In this document: piece after piece, positions 23,347 through 31,787 of the stretch
How the letters are laid out: the number at the start of each line of letters is the position of its first letter
Position numbering within the stretch: position 1 is the first letter of the stretch
NCBI GenBank assembly: GCA_023544525.1
Contig: JAMJFU010000002.1
Coordinates: forward strand, 1 to 56,854
Reading direction: 5' to 3'
Length of the DNA stretch: 56,854 nt
Source of the DNA: Anaerolineae bacterium
GTDB taxonomy: Bacteria > Chloroflexota > Anaerolineae > JAAYZQ01
Notes under the pieces: model-generated
Told to the model about the DNA's origin: nothing
What the model saw: the letters and a program-made list of their open reading frames with translations, nothing else
The model's database searches: none
Translations under genes and position numbers: made by a program

Positions 23347-23376
23347 TTGTCTTGTGCTCATAGTTTGTGGTATAAT
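23347..23376 (+). promoter_or_regulatory. Promoter TTGTCT-N18-TATAAT with extended -10 (TGg)
   Basis: -35 at 23347-23352 and -10 at 23371-23376, upstream of GTG 23420. The local sequence is AT-richer. Confidence 0.4.
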
Positions 23377-23419
23377 AGGCCAGTATCAACGAATTTGACA
23401 CATGGATTAGGCGAGCATC

Positions 23420-24934
23420 GTGACAATAACTAGACTGCGCTTTTGCTTCCTTATCATGCTCCTGTTGGCGGTCGCGCTTGCGGGTTGTTCCCGGAGGCAG
23501 TATCCAGCCCGCGCACCAGAAGCCAGCCCGGAACAGACACCGGCCGAGGCATCAGCAGTAGGTGGGCTGAGTCCGACCTCGGCACCGGTCACCGGATTGG
23601 CCAACGCGGGAAACGTGGCGGAACCGACGCCACCGCCCCAGGTCTATGCCGTCGAGTCAGGCGATTCGCTGAGTTCCATTGCGCGTCGTTTTGGCTGCGA
23701 TGTGAAGGATCTGATCGCAGCCAACCAGTTAGCCGACCCCAACATGCTGAAGGTGGGCCAGAGCTTAAAGATCCCCTCCACCCTGGTTGATGCTGGCCCG
23801 GCACAGCAATTGCTGCCCAACAGTGAGTTTGTCAATGGACCTGCCTACGTGGAGTTTGACGTTGGCGCCTTCGCAGCCCGGCAGGGCGGCTACCTGGACC
23901 AATACTCCGAAAGCCTAGACGGCGAGACGCTGAGCGGTCCCGAGATCCTGGGCCTGGTCGCCCATCACTACAGTGTCGGCCCACGCATGCTGCTCGCCAT
24001 CCTGGAATTGGAGAGCGGCTGGGTGACGAACCCCAATCCTGTAGGTGAGTCGCTCTCCTTTCCCATGGGTTACCGGGGCAGTGGCTGGCCCTTGCTCAGC
24101 CAGCAACTGGCCTGGGCTGCCGACAATCTGAACAAAGGCTACTACGACTGGCGTGGGCGGGGCATCGAGGTCATTACCTGGGAAAACGGATCGTCCACGC
24201 GCTATGCACCCTCCCTGAACGCCGCCACAGCCGGTCTGCAGTATTTCTTTTCGGTAAACCACAACCAGGCTGAATGGGAAGAACTCGTCAGTGATGGGGC
24301 AGGGAGCTTTTTGGGCACATACCGCATGCTGTTTGGCGATCCGGAGCAGTACGCCATCGAGCCGCTGATCCCGGCCAACGTCAAGTCCCCGCAGCTTTCG
24401 CTGCCGTGGGCGGACGGTGAGATGTGGTGGTACACGGGCGGCCCCCACGGTGCCTGGAATTCGGGCAGCGCGTGGGCGGCCCTAGACTTTGTCCCCGATG
24501 AGGGCTATCTCGGCTGCCAACCTGCCTCAGTCTGGGCGAGGGCAGCCGCACCAGGATTGGTCGTCCATAGCCGGGATGGCGAAGTCGCCGTCGACCTCGA
24601 CGGGGATGGCTACGAACAGACCGGCTGGGTGCTGTTCTACCTGCACCTGGCCAGCGAAGGCCGGGCAGCCCTAGGTACTCGGTTGAAAGAAGGTGACCCC
24701 GTCGGCCATCCTTCCTGTGAGGGAGGCTTTTCCCAATCCACACACTTGCACTTTGCGCGCAAGTACAATGGTGAGTGGATTGCGGCCGAAGGACCACTGC
24801 CCTTTGTCCTGAGTGGCTGGCAGTTCAATTCGGGCGGCGTCGAGTACGAAGGCGCGGCGCGACGCGGCGATCAAGAGCGCACTGCCTGTGAGTGCCGCGA
24901 GGCTGGCTTTAACGGGCTCGTCGCCGGCAGGTAA
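23420..24934 (+). CDS. Lipoprotein with LysM domain and C-terminal M23-like peptidase domain
   Basis: Signal plus lipobox (LLLAVALAGC). LysM YAVESGDSLSSIARRFGCDVKDLIAANQL...VGQSLKIP. C-terminal ...FYLHLAS...STHLHFARK (M23-like His motifs). Confidence 0.85.
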   Translation: MTITRLRFCFLIMLLLAVALAGCSRRQYPARAPEASPEQTPAEASAVGGLSPTSAPVTGLANAGNVAEPTPPPQVYAVESGDSLSSIARRFGCDVKDLIAANQLADPNMLKVGQSLKIPSTLVDAGPAQQLLPNSEFVNGPAYVEFDVGAFAARQGGYLDQYSESLDGETLSGPEILGLVAHHYSVGPRMLLAILELESGWVTNPNPVGESLSFPMGYRGSGWPLLSQQLAWAADNLNKGYYDWRGRGIEVITWENGSSTRYAPSLNAATAGLQYFFSVNHNQAEWEELVSDGAGSFLGTYRMLFGDPEQYAIEPLIPANVKSPQLSLPWADGEMWWYTGGPHGAWNSGSAWAALDFVPDEGYLGCQPASVWARAAAPGLVVHSRDGEVAVDLDGDGYEQTGWVLFYLHLASEGRAALGTRLKEGDPVGHPSCEGGFSQSTHLHFARKYNGEWIAAEGPLPFVLSGWQFNSGGVEYEGAARRGDQERTACECREAGFNGLVAGR

Positions 24935-24941
24935 CCCCCTC

Positions 24942-25802
24942 TTGCTGATCACCAGTTTCCGAAATCCCAGGGTCAAATACCTGCGCTCTCTGCGGCTGCG
25001 CAAATACCGGCAGCGGGAGGGCCGTTTCCTTGTGGAGGGGATCCGGATCGTCGAGGAGGCCCTGGAGCGAGGTGCACCGCTGGAGACCCTGGTCTATGCG
25101 CCCGACCTGCTGGTCAGCGAGCGTGCCCAGGCGCTGGTCGACCAGGTTGGGCCAGACCAACGCCTGGCCCTCTCTGGCGAGGTTTTTGCCTCGCTGTCGG
25201 ACCGGGATCAACCGCAGGGCGTCGCGGCGGTGATAGACGTGGAAAAGCGCTCCCTGGCTGAACTTCCCCTCGCGCAGGATCTCCTGGTAGTCGTGGCCCA
25301 CCAGCTGCGCGACCCGGGCAACCTGGGATCCCTCATCCGTACCGCAGACAGTGCCGGGGCAACAGGGCTCGTCGTCGTCGAGCCGTCAGTGGACCTCTAC
25401 GATCCGCAGACCGTGCGGGCCACGATGGGCTCTCTCTTTGCCTTGCCCATTGTGCAGCTGGAGGACGAGGGGGTCCTGGACCCGTGGTACAGGCAGGTGC
25501 GGGACAGCGGAGTGCCCCTGGTGGTGGTTGCGACCTCTGCTCGTGGGCCGCAGCTCTATTACAACGTCGACTACCGGCAGCCCCTGGTGCTGCTGGTCGG
25601 CAGCGAACGCCACGGGTTGCCGGAGCAGATGCGCCGGCAAGCAGATGCAGTGGTCCGGCTGCCGATGGCAGGCAGCGCTACCTCGCTCAACGTGTCCGCC
25701 GCTGCTGCGGCCCTGATCTATGAGGTGGTCCGGCAGCGCATGATCACCAGCACAGAAGCAGAGGCTGAGGATCGGCAGTCGACCCTGGACAAGGAGGCCT
25801 GA
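24942..25802 (+). CDS. TrmH/SpoU-family RNA 2'-O-methyltransferase
   Basis: Track ORF 24813..25802 overlaps the previous gene. In-frame TTG 24942 follows the upstream stop at 24934. Motifs NLGSLIRTADSAG, LLVGSERHGL and SLNVSAAAAALIYE. Confidence 0.85.
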   Translation: MLITSFRNPRVKYLRSLRLRKYRQREGRFLVEGIRIVEEALERGAPLETLVYAPDLLVSERAQALVDQVGPDQRLALSGEVFASLSDRDQPQGVAAVIDVEKRSLAELPLAQDLLVVVAHQLRDPGNLGSLIRTADSAGATGLVVVEPSVDLYDPQTVRATMGSLFALPIVQLEDEGVLDPWYRQVRDSGVPLVVVATSARGPQLYYNVDYRQPLVLLVGSERHGLPEQMRRQADAVVRLPMAGSATSLNVSAAAAALIYEVVRQRMITSTEAEAEDRQSTLDKEA

Positions 25803-25805
25803 ACC

Positions 25806-27938
25806 TTGGATAGGCAGCAGAAGGCAGGATTCCACAGCAATCCGCTCCGTGGGCGCCCGGGACGCAGGCTGAGCGCCGCGCTGGACCATTATCAGCCACC
25901 CGAGACGGTGGTGCTGATGGGCACAGCCCTGCTGGTCGGTGTGGGCGCTGGGCTGGGTGCCGTGGTCTTTCGTTGGCTCATCGACCGGGTACACGCGGCC
26001 GCCTTTGAGAGCCTGCCGGCCGTGTTGCCGTTTCTGGGCAATTGGACTCTCGTCTTGGCGCCGGCCCTGGGCGGGCTGATCGTAGGGCCGCTGATCTACT
26101 TTTTTGCCCGCGAAGCCAAGGGCCATGGCGTGCCAGAGGTCATGGAGGCCGTTGCCCTGCGGGGAGGGCGGATCCGCCCGATCGTGGCCGTCATCAAATC
26201 CCTGGCTTCCTCGATCAGTATCGGATCGGGCGGCTCGGTGGGCCGCGAGGGCCCTATCGTCCAGATCGGCTCGGCGTTGGGTTCCACGCTGGGCCAGGTC
26301 CTGCACATGTCGGACGAGCGCATCCGCAACCTGGTGGCCTGCGGTGCCGCGGGTGGCATTGCGGCCACGTTCAACGCACCGATCGCTGGTGTCCTCTTTG
26401 CCCTGGAGGTGATCCTGGGCCAGTTCAGCGTGCGCTACTTTTCCACCGTAGTCATCTCCTCTGTGACGGCCAGCGTGATCGGCCGCATCGCCTTTGGCAA
26501 TGTGCCCGCTTTTGCGGTGCCAACGTATGCGCTGGTCAGTCCCTGGGAGCTGGTGCTCTATGGCCTGATGGGGGTGCTGGCCGCACCGGTGGCTGTGGCG
26601 TTTGTGCGGGTTCTCTATTGGTTCGAGGACTTGTTTGATGGTTGGAGGGGGCTGCCGGAGTATCTAAAGACGCCCATCGGAGGAGCGCTACTGGGCCTGA
26701 GCGGGCTGCTGTTCTTCCAGGTCAATCGGGGCCAGGGCTGGGACGTGCCGGGCAATCCGGTCGCCTTCTTTGGCGTAGGCTATGAAGCTATGGAATGGGC
26801 TCTGCTCGGCCGGGGAACGGTGCTGCTGCTCCTGGGCCTGACCGTGATCAAGATCTTGTCAACCTCCCTGACCATCGGATCTGGGGGCTCGGGCGGAGTC
26901 TTTGCCCCTTCTCTGTTCATCGGGGCAATGATGGGCGGTGCCTTTGGTCACATATCGCACGGCCTTTTTCCGGATATCACAGCCGCGCCGGGTGCTTATG
27001 CCCTGGTGGGCATGGCCGCTGTCTTTGCTGGGGCGGCCCGGGCGCCCATCACTTCGATCTTGATTCTCTTTGAGATGACCGACGACTATCGCATCATCCT
27101 GCCTCTGATGTTGGCCACCGTCATCAGTACCATCCTGGCTGAGCATCTGAACCGCGAGTCGGTCTATACGCTCAAGCTGGTTCGCCGGGGCGTGCGGCTG
27201 GAGCAGGGGCGAGACATTGACGTGATGCAGGGCGTCCTGGTCGGCGAGGCTATGACCACTGATGTCGACACGGTGTCGGCCGATCTGAGCCTGGTCGAAC
27301 TGGAGCGGGTCTTTGCCGAGAGCCACCACCACGGGTTCCCTGTCCTGGATGAGCACGGGGACCTCTTTGGCATTGTCACCCTGCAGGATCTGGGCCGTGC
27401 CGCCGAGCGGGGGCCGCTGGAGGGACGCACGGTGCGAGACATTGCTACGCGCTCGCTGCTGACCGCACTCTCGGACGAGCCAATGTGGGTTGCCCTCAAG
27501 CGCCTGGGCACCCGTGATGTCGGCCGCCTGCCTGTGGTAGAGCGGGACAATCCGCGCCACCTGGTGGGCCTCATCCGTCGCAGCGACATCGTGCGTGCCT
27601 ACCGGGTGGGCATCGCCCGCCGGCTGGATCTGCAGGAGCGGGCCGACAAGCTGCGCCTGGGCCGGTTGACAGGAACCGAGTTCATCGAAATCCAGGTCGA
27701 GCCCGGGTCACCCCAGGCCGGCAGGCTGGTGCGGGACCTTTCTCTGCCGGAGGAATGCCTGCTGACCACGGCCCGCCGCGGGAATAAGGTGATCCTGTTG
27801 CACGGAGATACGCGCATCCAGGAGGGGGACCGACTCATAGCATTGGCCGATCCTGGTTGTGCTCAGACGCTGGTCCAGGCCTTTCGTCCAACCTCCGAGC
27901 GTCCTGGAGCGCGGCAGGATTCCGGCCTGCATGGCTGA
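25806..27938 (+). CDS. ClC-family voltage-gated chloride channel/antiporter with two CBS domains and a TrkA-C (RCK-C) domain
   Basis: GSGGSVGREGP and GGSGGVFAPSLFIG selectivity motifs, a CBS pair (GFPVLDEHGDLFGIVT..., GRLPVVERDNPRHLVGLI) and a C-terminal TrkA-C-like segment. Start uncertain (TTG 25806 or ATG 25917). Confidence 0.9.
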   Translation: MDRQQKAGFHSNPLRGRPGRRLSAALDHYQPPETVVLMGTALLVGVGAGLGAVVFRWLIDRVHAAAFESLPAVLPFLGNWTLVLAPALGGLIVGPLIYFFAREAKGHGVPEVMEAVALRGGRIRPIVAVIKSLASSISIGSGGSVGREGPIVQIGSALGSTLGQVLHMSDERIRNLVACGAAGGIAATFNAPIAGVLFALEVILGQFSVRYFSTVVISSVTASVIGRIAFGNVPAFAVPTYALVSPWELVLYGLMGVLAAPVAVAFVRVLYWFEDLFDGWRGLPEYLKTPIGGALLGLSGLLFFQVNRGQGWDVPGNPVAFFGVGYEAMEWALLGRGTVLLLLGLTVIKILSTSLTIGSGGSGGVFAPSLFIGAMMGGAFGHISHGLFPDITAAPGAYALVGMAAVFAGAARAPITSILILFEMTDDYRIILPLMLATVISTILAEHLNRESVYTLKLVRRGVRLEQGRDIDVMQGVLVGEAMTTDVDTVSADLSLVELERVFAESHHHGFPVLDEHGDLFGIVTLQDLGRAAERGPLEGRTVRDIATRSLLTALSDEPMWVALKRLGTRDVGRLPVVERDNPRHLVGLIRRSDIVRAYRVGIARRLDLQERADKLRLGRLTGTEFIEIQVEPGSPQAGRLVRDLSLPEECLLTTARRGNKVILLHGDTRIQEGDRLIALADPGCAQTLVQAFRPTSERPGARQDSGLHG

Positions 27939-27969
27939 ACCGCGCCTCCCCTGTACAGGCCTAGAACAT

Positions 27970-27998
27970 TTGCGCTAACGGCCGGTCCGCGGTATAAT
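27970..27998 (+). promoter_or_regulatory. Promoter TTGCGC-N17-TATAAT
   Basis: -35 at 27970-27975 and -10 at 27993-27998, upstream of ftsK ATG 28022. Confidence 0.45.
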
Positions 27999-28021
27999 TG
28001 GCAGCGGACGGGAATTGCGAA

Positions 28022-30217
28022 ATGGCGAAAAGAAGCAGACGAAAACCGAAAGGCCGCGGGCTGGACATCGGTGCGTCGCTGCACCCCGAGATCCTGGGCA
28101 TCCTGCTGCTGATGATCGGCCTGGTGACGATGCTCAGCCTGGTGCCTGTCGAGCGTGGCGCGCTGATGGAAGGTTGGGTCACGCTGCTAGAGATGGCAGT
28201 TGGCTGGGGTGTCTGGTTGGTGCCCATCGCCTTCGGAGGCGTCGGCCTGTGGCTGATCTTTGTCGGCCTGGGCCGGGAAGTCAATGTCGACCGTGAGAAG
28301 CCGTGGGGTGCGGTCCTGCTGTTTACGTTGGGTCTGGCCCTGTTGCACCTGCTGGCAGCTGGCCAAGATGCCCAGGCACTGGCGGAGGAAGGCTCTGGTG
28401 GCGGCTACCTGGGCTACTGGCTGAGCGAGCTGCTGGTCTCGGCACTGGGGACGCCTGCAGCCGTGGTGGTCCTGGTCACCCTTTCGATCGTCAGCCTGAT
28501 GATGCTACTGGGCATGTCCCTGCGCGACATGTGGGCTATTGGCAGCGATGCCCTGCAACGGCTCCGGGCGCCTGGACCGCTGCCCGGAGTGCGCGTCAAC
28601 CGGCCCAGGCGTGCCGAGTCGCTGCCACCCATGGAAGAGCTAGAGACAGAGGCCCCTCAGCCTGCACCTGCTGGCAGCCTGGCACCACCGCGGCCGCAGG
28701 GCAGTGTGTTCCCCCGCATCATCGGCGGGCAGCAGGTCTGGCACCTGCCGCCCATCGACGAGATCCTGGTGGAGGCTGGCGAACAGGAGTTAAGCCAGGC
28801 CGAGATCCGGGAGCGGGTGCGGATCATCGAGGAGACGCTGAACAGCTTTGCCGTGCCGGCCAAGGTCGTCGAGGTGAACCAGGGACCGACGGTCACCCAG
28901 TTCGGCGTTGAGCCAGGCTATATCGAGCGGCGGGATAGCAGTGGCCGGGTAAAGCGCTCCAAGATCAAGGTCAGCAAGATCGCGAACCTGGCCAATGACC
29001 TGGCTCTGGCCCTGGCCGCCTCGCCGATCCGGATCGAAGCGCCTGTACCAGGACGTGCCATCGTCGGCATCGAGGTGCCGAACTCCGAGATCGCCTTGGT
29101 TCCCCTGCGCACAGTGCTGGATAGCGAGCTCTACCGCAAGATCAAGGGGCCGCTGCCTATCGCCCTGGGCCAGGATGTGGCCGGCACGCCCGCCGCCATC
29201 GATCTGGCCGCCATGCCGCACCTTCTCATCGCCGGCGCCACCGGGTCGGGCAAGAGCGTGTGTGTGAACTCGATCATCGCCTCGCTGCTAGCCAGCCGTA
29301 CACCAGACCAGGTCCAGTTCATCATGATTGACCCGAAAATGGTCGAGCTCACGGCTTTTAACGGCATCCCCCACCTCCGTGCCCCGGTGGTGATCGAATT
29401 AGAGCGGGTCGTCGGCGTGCTCAACTGGGCCACGCGGGAGATGGACAATCGCTACAAGGTCTTTAACCGGGCGCGGGCACGGAACGTCGATGCCTACAAC
29501 CGCATGCTGGCCGAAAAGGGCGAGAGGCCGTTACCCTACATTGTCCTCGTCATTGACGAGCTGGCCGACCTGATGATGGTCGCACCCGACGAAGTTGAAC
29601 GCGCCATCTGCCGCATCGCCCAGATGGCGCGGGCAACCGGCATTCACGCAGTCATCGCCACACAGCGGCCCAGCGTCGACGTGGTCACCGGTTTGATCAA
29701 GGCCAACTTTCCCGCCCGCATCAGTTTTGCGGTCACCAGCCAGGTGGACTCGCGGGTCATCATCGACACAGCGGGTGCAGACAAACTGCTCGGCCGGGGG
29801 GACATGCTCTTCATGTCGCCGGATTCCAGCAAGCTCGTACGGCTCCAGGGTTGTTTCGTGTCGGACCATGAGCTCTCAGAACTGGTACGCTACTGGAAGG
29901 GGGTGCGGCTGGCTCAGGAGCCGCCCCAGGCGGTCGTCCAGCAGAGGATGTGGGAAGAGATCGAATCTTCCCAGGCAGAAGCCGCGCAGCAGGACGAGTT
30001 GCTGCCCAGGGCCATCGCCATTGTCCGCGAACATGACCGGGCTTCCATCTCCATGCTGCAACGGAGGCTGCGCATTGGCTATTCGCGGGCGGCCCGCCTG
30101 ATCGAGACCATGGAGCAACAGGGCATCGTGGGCCCGCCGCCCGGGGGCAGCAGCTCCCGAGAAGTGCTACCGCCGGACGATGACCGCGACGGTGGGCTTG
30201 ACCTGCCCCCACTCTGA
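28022..30217 (+). CDS. ftsK: DNA translocase FtsK/SpoIIIE
   Basis: Track ORF 27998..30217. ATG 28022 (MAKRSRRKPKG) lies downstream of the promoter. N-terminal TM helices, Walker A GATGSGKS, LIVIDELADLMM and a C-terminal gamma-like winged helix (ISMLQRRLRIGYSRAARLIE). Confidence 0.95.
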   Translation: MAKRSRRKPKGRGLDIGASLHPEILGILLLMIGLVTMLSLVPVERGALMEGWVTLLEMAVGWGVWLVPIAFGGVGLWLIFVGLGREVNVDREKPWGAVLLFTLGLALLHLLAAGQDAQALAEEGSGGGYLGYWLSELLVSALGTPAAVVVLVTLSIVSLMMLLGMSLRDMWAIGSDALQRLRAPGPLPGVRVNRPRRAESLPPMEELETEAPQPAPAGSLAPPRPQGSVFPRIIGGQQVWHLPPIDEILVEAGEQELSQAEIRERVRIIEETLNSFAVPAKVVEVNQGPTVTQFGVEPGYIERRDSSGRVKRSKIKVSKIANLANDLALALAASPIRIEAPVPGRAIVGIEVPNSEIALVPLRTVLDSELYRKIKGPLPIALGQDVAGTPAAIDLAAMPHLLIAGATGSGKSVCVNSIIASLLASRTPDQVQFIMIDPKMVELTAFNGIPHLRAPVVIELERVVGVLNWATREMDNRYKVFNRARARNVDAYNRMLAEKGERPLPYIVLVIDELADLMMVAPDEVERAICRIAQMARATGIHAVIATQRPSVDVVTGLIKANFPARISFAVTSQVDSRVIIDTAGADKLLGRGDMLFMSPDSSKLVRLQGCFVSDHELSELVRYWKGVRLAQEPPQAVVQQRMWEEIESSQAEAAQQDELLPRAIAIVREHDRASISMLQRRLRIGYSRAARLIETMEQQGIVGPPPGGSSSREVLPPDDDRDGGLDLPPL

Positions 30218-30381
30218 GAGCAGGAGCCCGCCTGGCGCATTCCACGCCTATCGTGGGCCTGCCGCCCACGGGGCCAGAACCTCGTAGGTCTGTGCGACCG
30301 GTGCCGAACGGATTCCCCGGTGCGGGAGTGACCCGAACGACCGCAACACCCTCGGCTTTTTGGTTCTTCCCGGCGAAGGTC

Positions 30382-30410
30382 TTGCTTATCCCGTCAGAAT
30401 AAGGTATAAT
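30382..30410 (+). promoter_or_regulatory. Promoter TTGCTT-N17-TATAAT
   Basis: -35 at 30382-30387 and -10 at 30405-30410. This leaves a leader of about 125 nt before ATG 30541. Confidence 0.45.
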
Positions 30411-30540
30411 ACCCAGAGTTGGCCCATGGTTGATCATGCGCCGTGGAGAGGGGGTGGCCTATAGACCAATCGACCTCCGATGTTTCCCTGGTGTGTGCAG
30501 AATCCAAATGTTTAAGGTTTCCATCCAAAGGAGGGGGATA

Positions 30541-31653
30541 ATGAAGAAGTGGATCTTTGTGACGCTGGTCGTTCTGCTTGCAGCGTCGATGGTATTGGCG
30601 GGTTGCGGGGCTACTCCAGAACCAGAAGTAGAGCCCACCGCCACGCAGCCGGCTGCACAGCCGACTGAACCAACGGCCCCCGAGGCGACTGAGCCACCCG
30701 CAGCTGGAGCGCTGAAGGTGGGTATGGTCTCGGACGTGGGTGGCATCGACGATGCCAGTTTCAACCAGAATACCTGGGAGGGCTTGCAGCGGGCCCAGGA
30801 GGAGCTGGGGATTCAGGCGCAGTTCATCGAGAGCCAGGCCCAGGCGGACTATGAGAAGAACATCACCGAGTTTGCGGAGCAGGACTATGACCTGGTCTTT
30901 ACGGTGGGGTTCTTGCTGAATGATGCGACAGCCAAGATGGCGCCGGAGTATCCGGACGTGTACTTTGCTGGCATCGACCAGTGGTACGACCCGGCGATTC
31001 CGAATGCGGTGGCGATCACCTTCAACGTAGATGAGGCGGCGTTCCCGATCGGCTACCTGGCGGCAGGCTGGGCGGTGTTGCAGGATCCGGACGATCCGCA
31101 GATAGGCTATGTGGCGGGGATGCAGATACCGCCGGTGGAGCAGTTCATCGTGGCCTACGAGGCGGGTGCAGCCTACTACAACGAGCAGAAGGGGACGGAT
31201 GTCCAGGTCAAAGGCGTGTACGTCGGCGACTTTGAGGCGCCGGACCAGGGCAAGATCCAGGGCCAGTCGTTGATCGACGAGGGTGTGGACATCATCTTTG
31301 GCGTAGGTGGCAAGACCGGCAACGGTGGTATTGCTGCAGCCAAGGAGAACGGCCTGTGGGGCATTGGTGTGGACGTGGACCAGTACTTCACGCTGCCCAA
31401 CGAGAAGGACATCCTGATCACGTCGTGCATGAAGCGGCTGGACAACGCGGTGTTTGGGGTAACCGAGGCGCTGGTGAACGGCGAGTTCCCGGCGGGTGGG
31501 ATATACGTCGGTACGCTGGAGAACGGTGGTGTGGGCCTGGCGCCCTACCACGACTTTGAGGGCGAGATCCCGGCCGAGCTGGATGCAGAAGTCCAGGCAA
31601 TCGTGCAGGGCATCATCGCCGGCGAGATCGGCACTGGCTGGCCGGTGCAGTAA
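30541..31653 (+). CDS. BMP-family (PnrA/Med-like) ABC transporter substrate-binding lipoprotein
   Basis: Track ORF 30430..31653. ATG 30541 with GGAGGGGG RBS. Lipobox VLAGCG and a Pro/Thr/Glu linker. LKVGMVSDVGGIDDASFNQ and IFGVGG.TGNG are typical of BMP (nucleoside-binding) proteins. Confidence 0.9.
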   Translation: MKKWIFVTLVVLLAASMVLAGCGATPEPEVEPTATQPAAQPTEPTAPEATEPPAAGALKVGMVSDVGGIDDASFNQNTWEGLQRAQEELGIQAQFIESQAQADYEKNITEFAEQDYDLVFTVGFLLNDATAKMAPEYPDVYFAGIDQWYDPAIPNAVAITFNVDEAAFPIGYLAAGWAVLQDPDDPQIGYVAGMQIPPVEQFIVAYEAGAAYYNEQKGTDVQVKGVYVGDFEAPDQGKIQGQSLIDEGVDIIFGVGGKTGNGGIAAAKENGLWGIGVDVDQYFTLPNEKDILITSCMKRLDNAVFGVTEALVNGEFPAGGIYVGTLENGGVGLAPYHDFEGEIPAELDAEVQAIVQGIIAGEIGTGWPVQ

Positions 31654-31686
31654 AAGGCCGCTGCTTAGCCACAGATTCAGTCTGGG

Positions 31687-31722
31687 GGCGGTGCTGGGTA
31701 CTCTGCCCAGCACCGCCTTTCT
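31687..31722 (+). terminator. Rho-independent terminator/attenuator between the SBP and ATPase genes
   Basis: 12-bp perfect stem GGCGGTGCTGGG (31687-31698) with CCCAGCACCGCC (31706-31717), followed by TTTCT. Confidence 0.7.
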
Positions 31723-31787
31723 GGAATATCGATTGCTCTCCATGCCCTGCGAGATCTGCAACCCTACAGCAGCCATAGAAGGGAGCG

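Noticed and set aside
30411-30540. 125-nt leader of the BMP binding-protein gene, considered as a riboswitch (purine, 2'-dG, ZTP or PRPP classes)
   Set aside because: I could not match it to any riboswitch consensus I know. A covariance-model scan (Rfam/Infernal) would be needed. It is left as an unexplained long leader.
30394-31776. 460-aa minus-strand ORF opposite the BMP binding protein. Also 33613..34968 (451 aa) and 45349..46944 (531 aa).
   Set aside because: The same reasoning applies. They overlap strongly supported plus-strand genes (BMP SBP, permease, leuB-like/PLDc_N/ABC ATPase), and their translations are Arg/His/Gln/Pro-rich with no recognisable domains.
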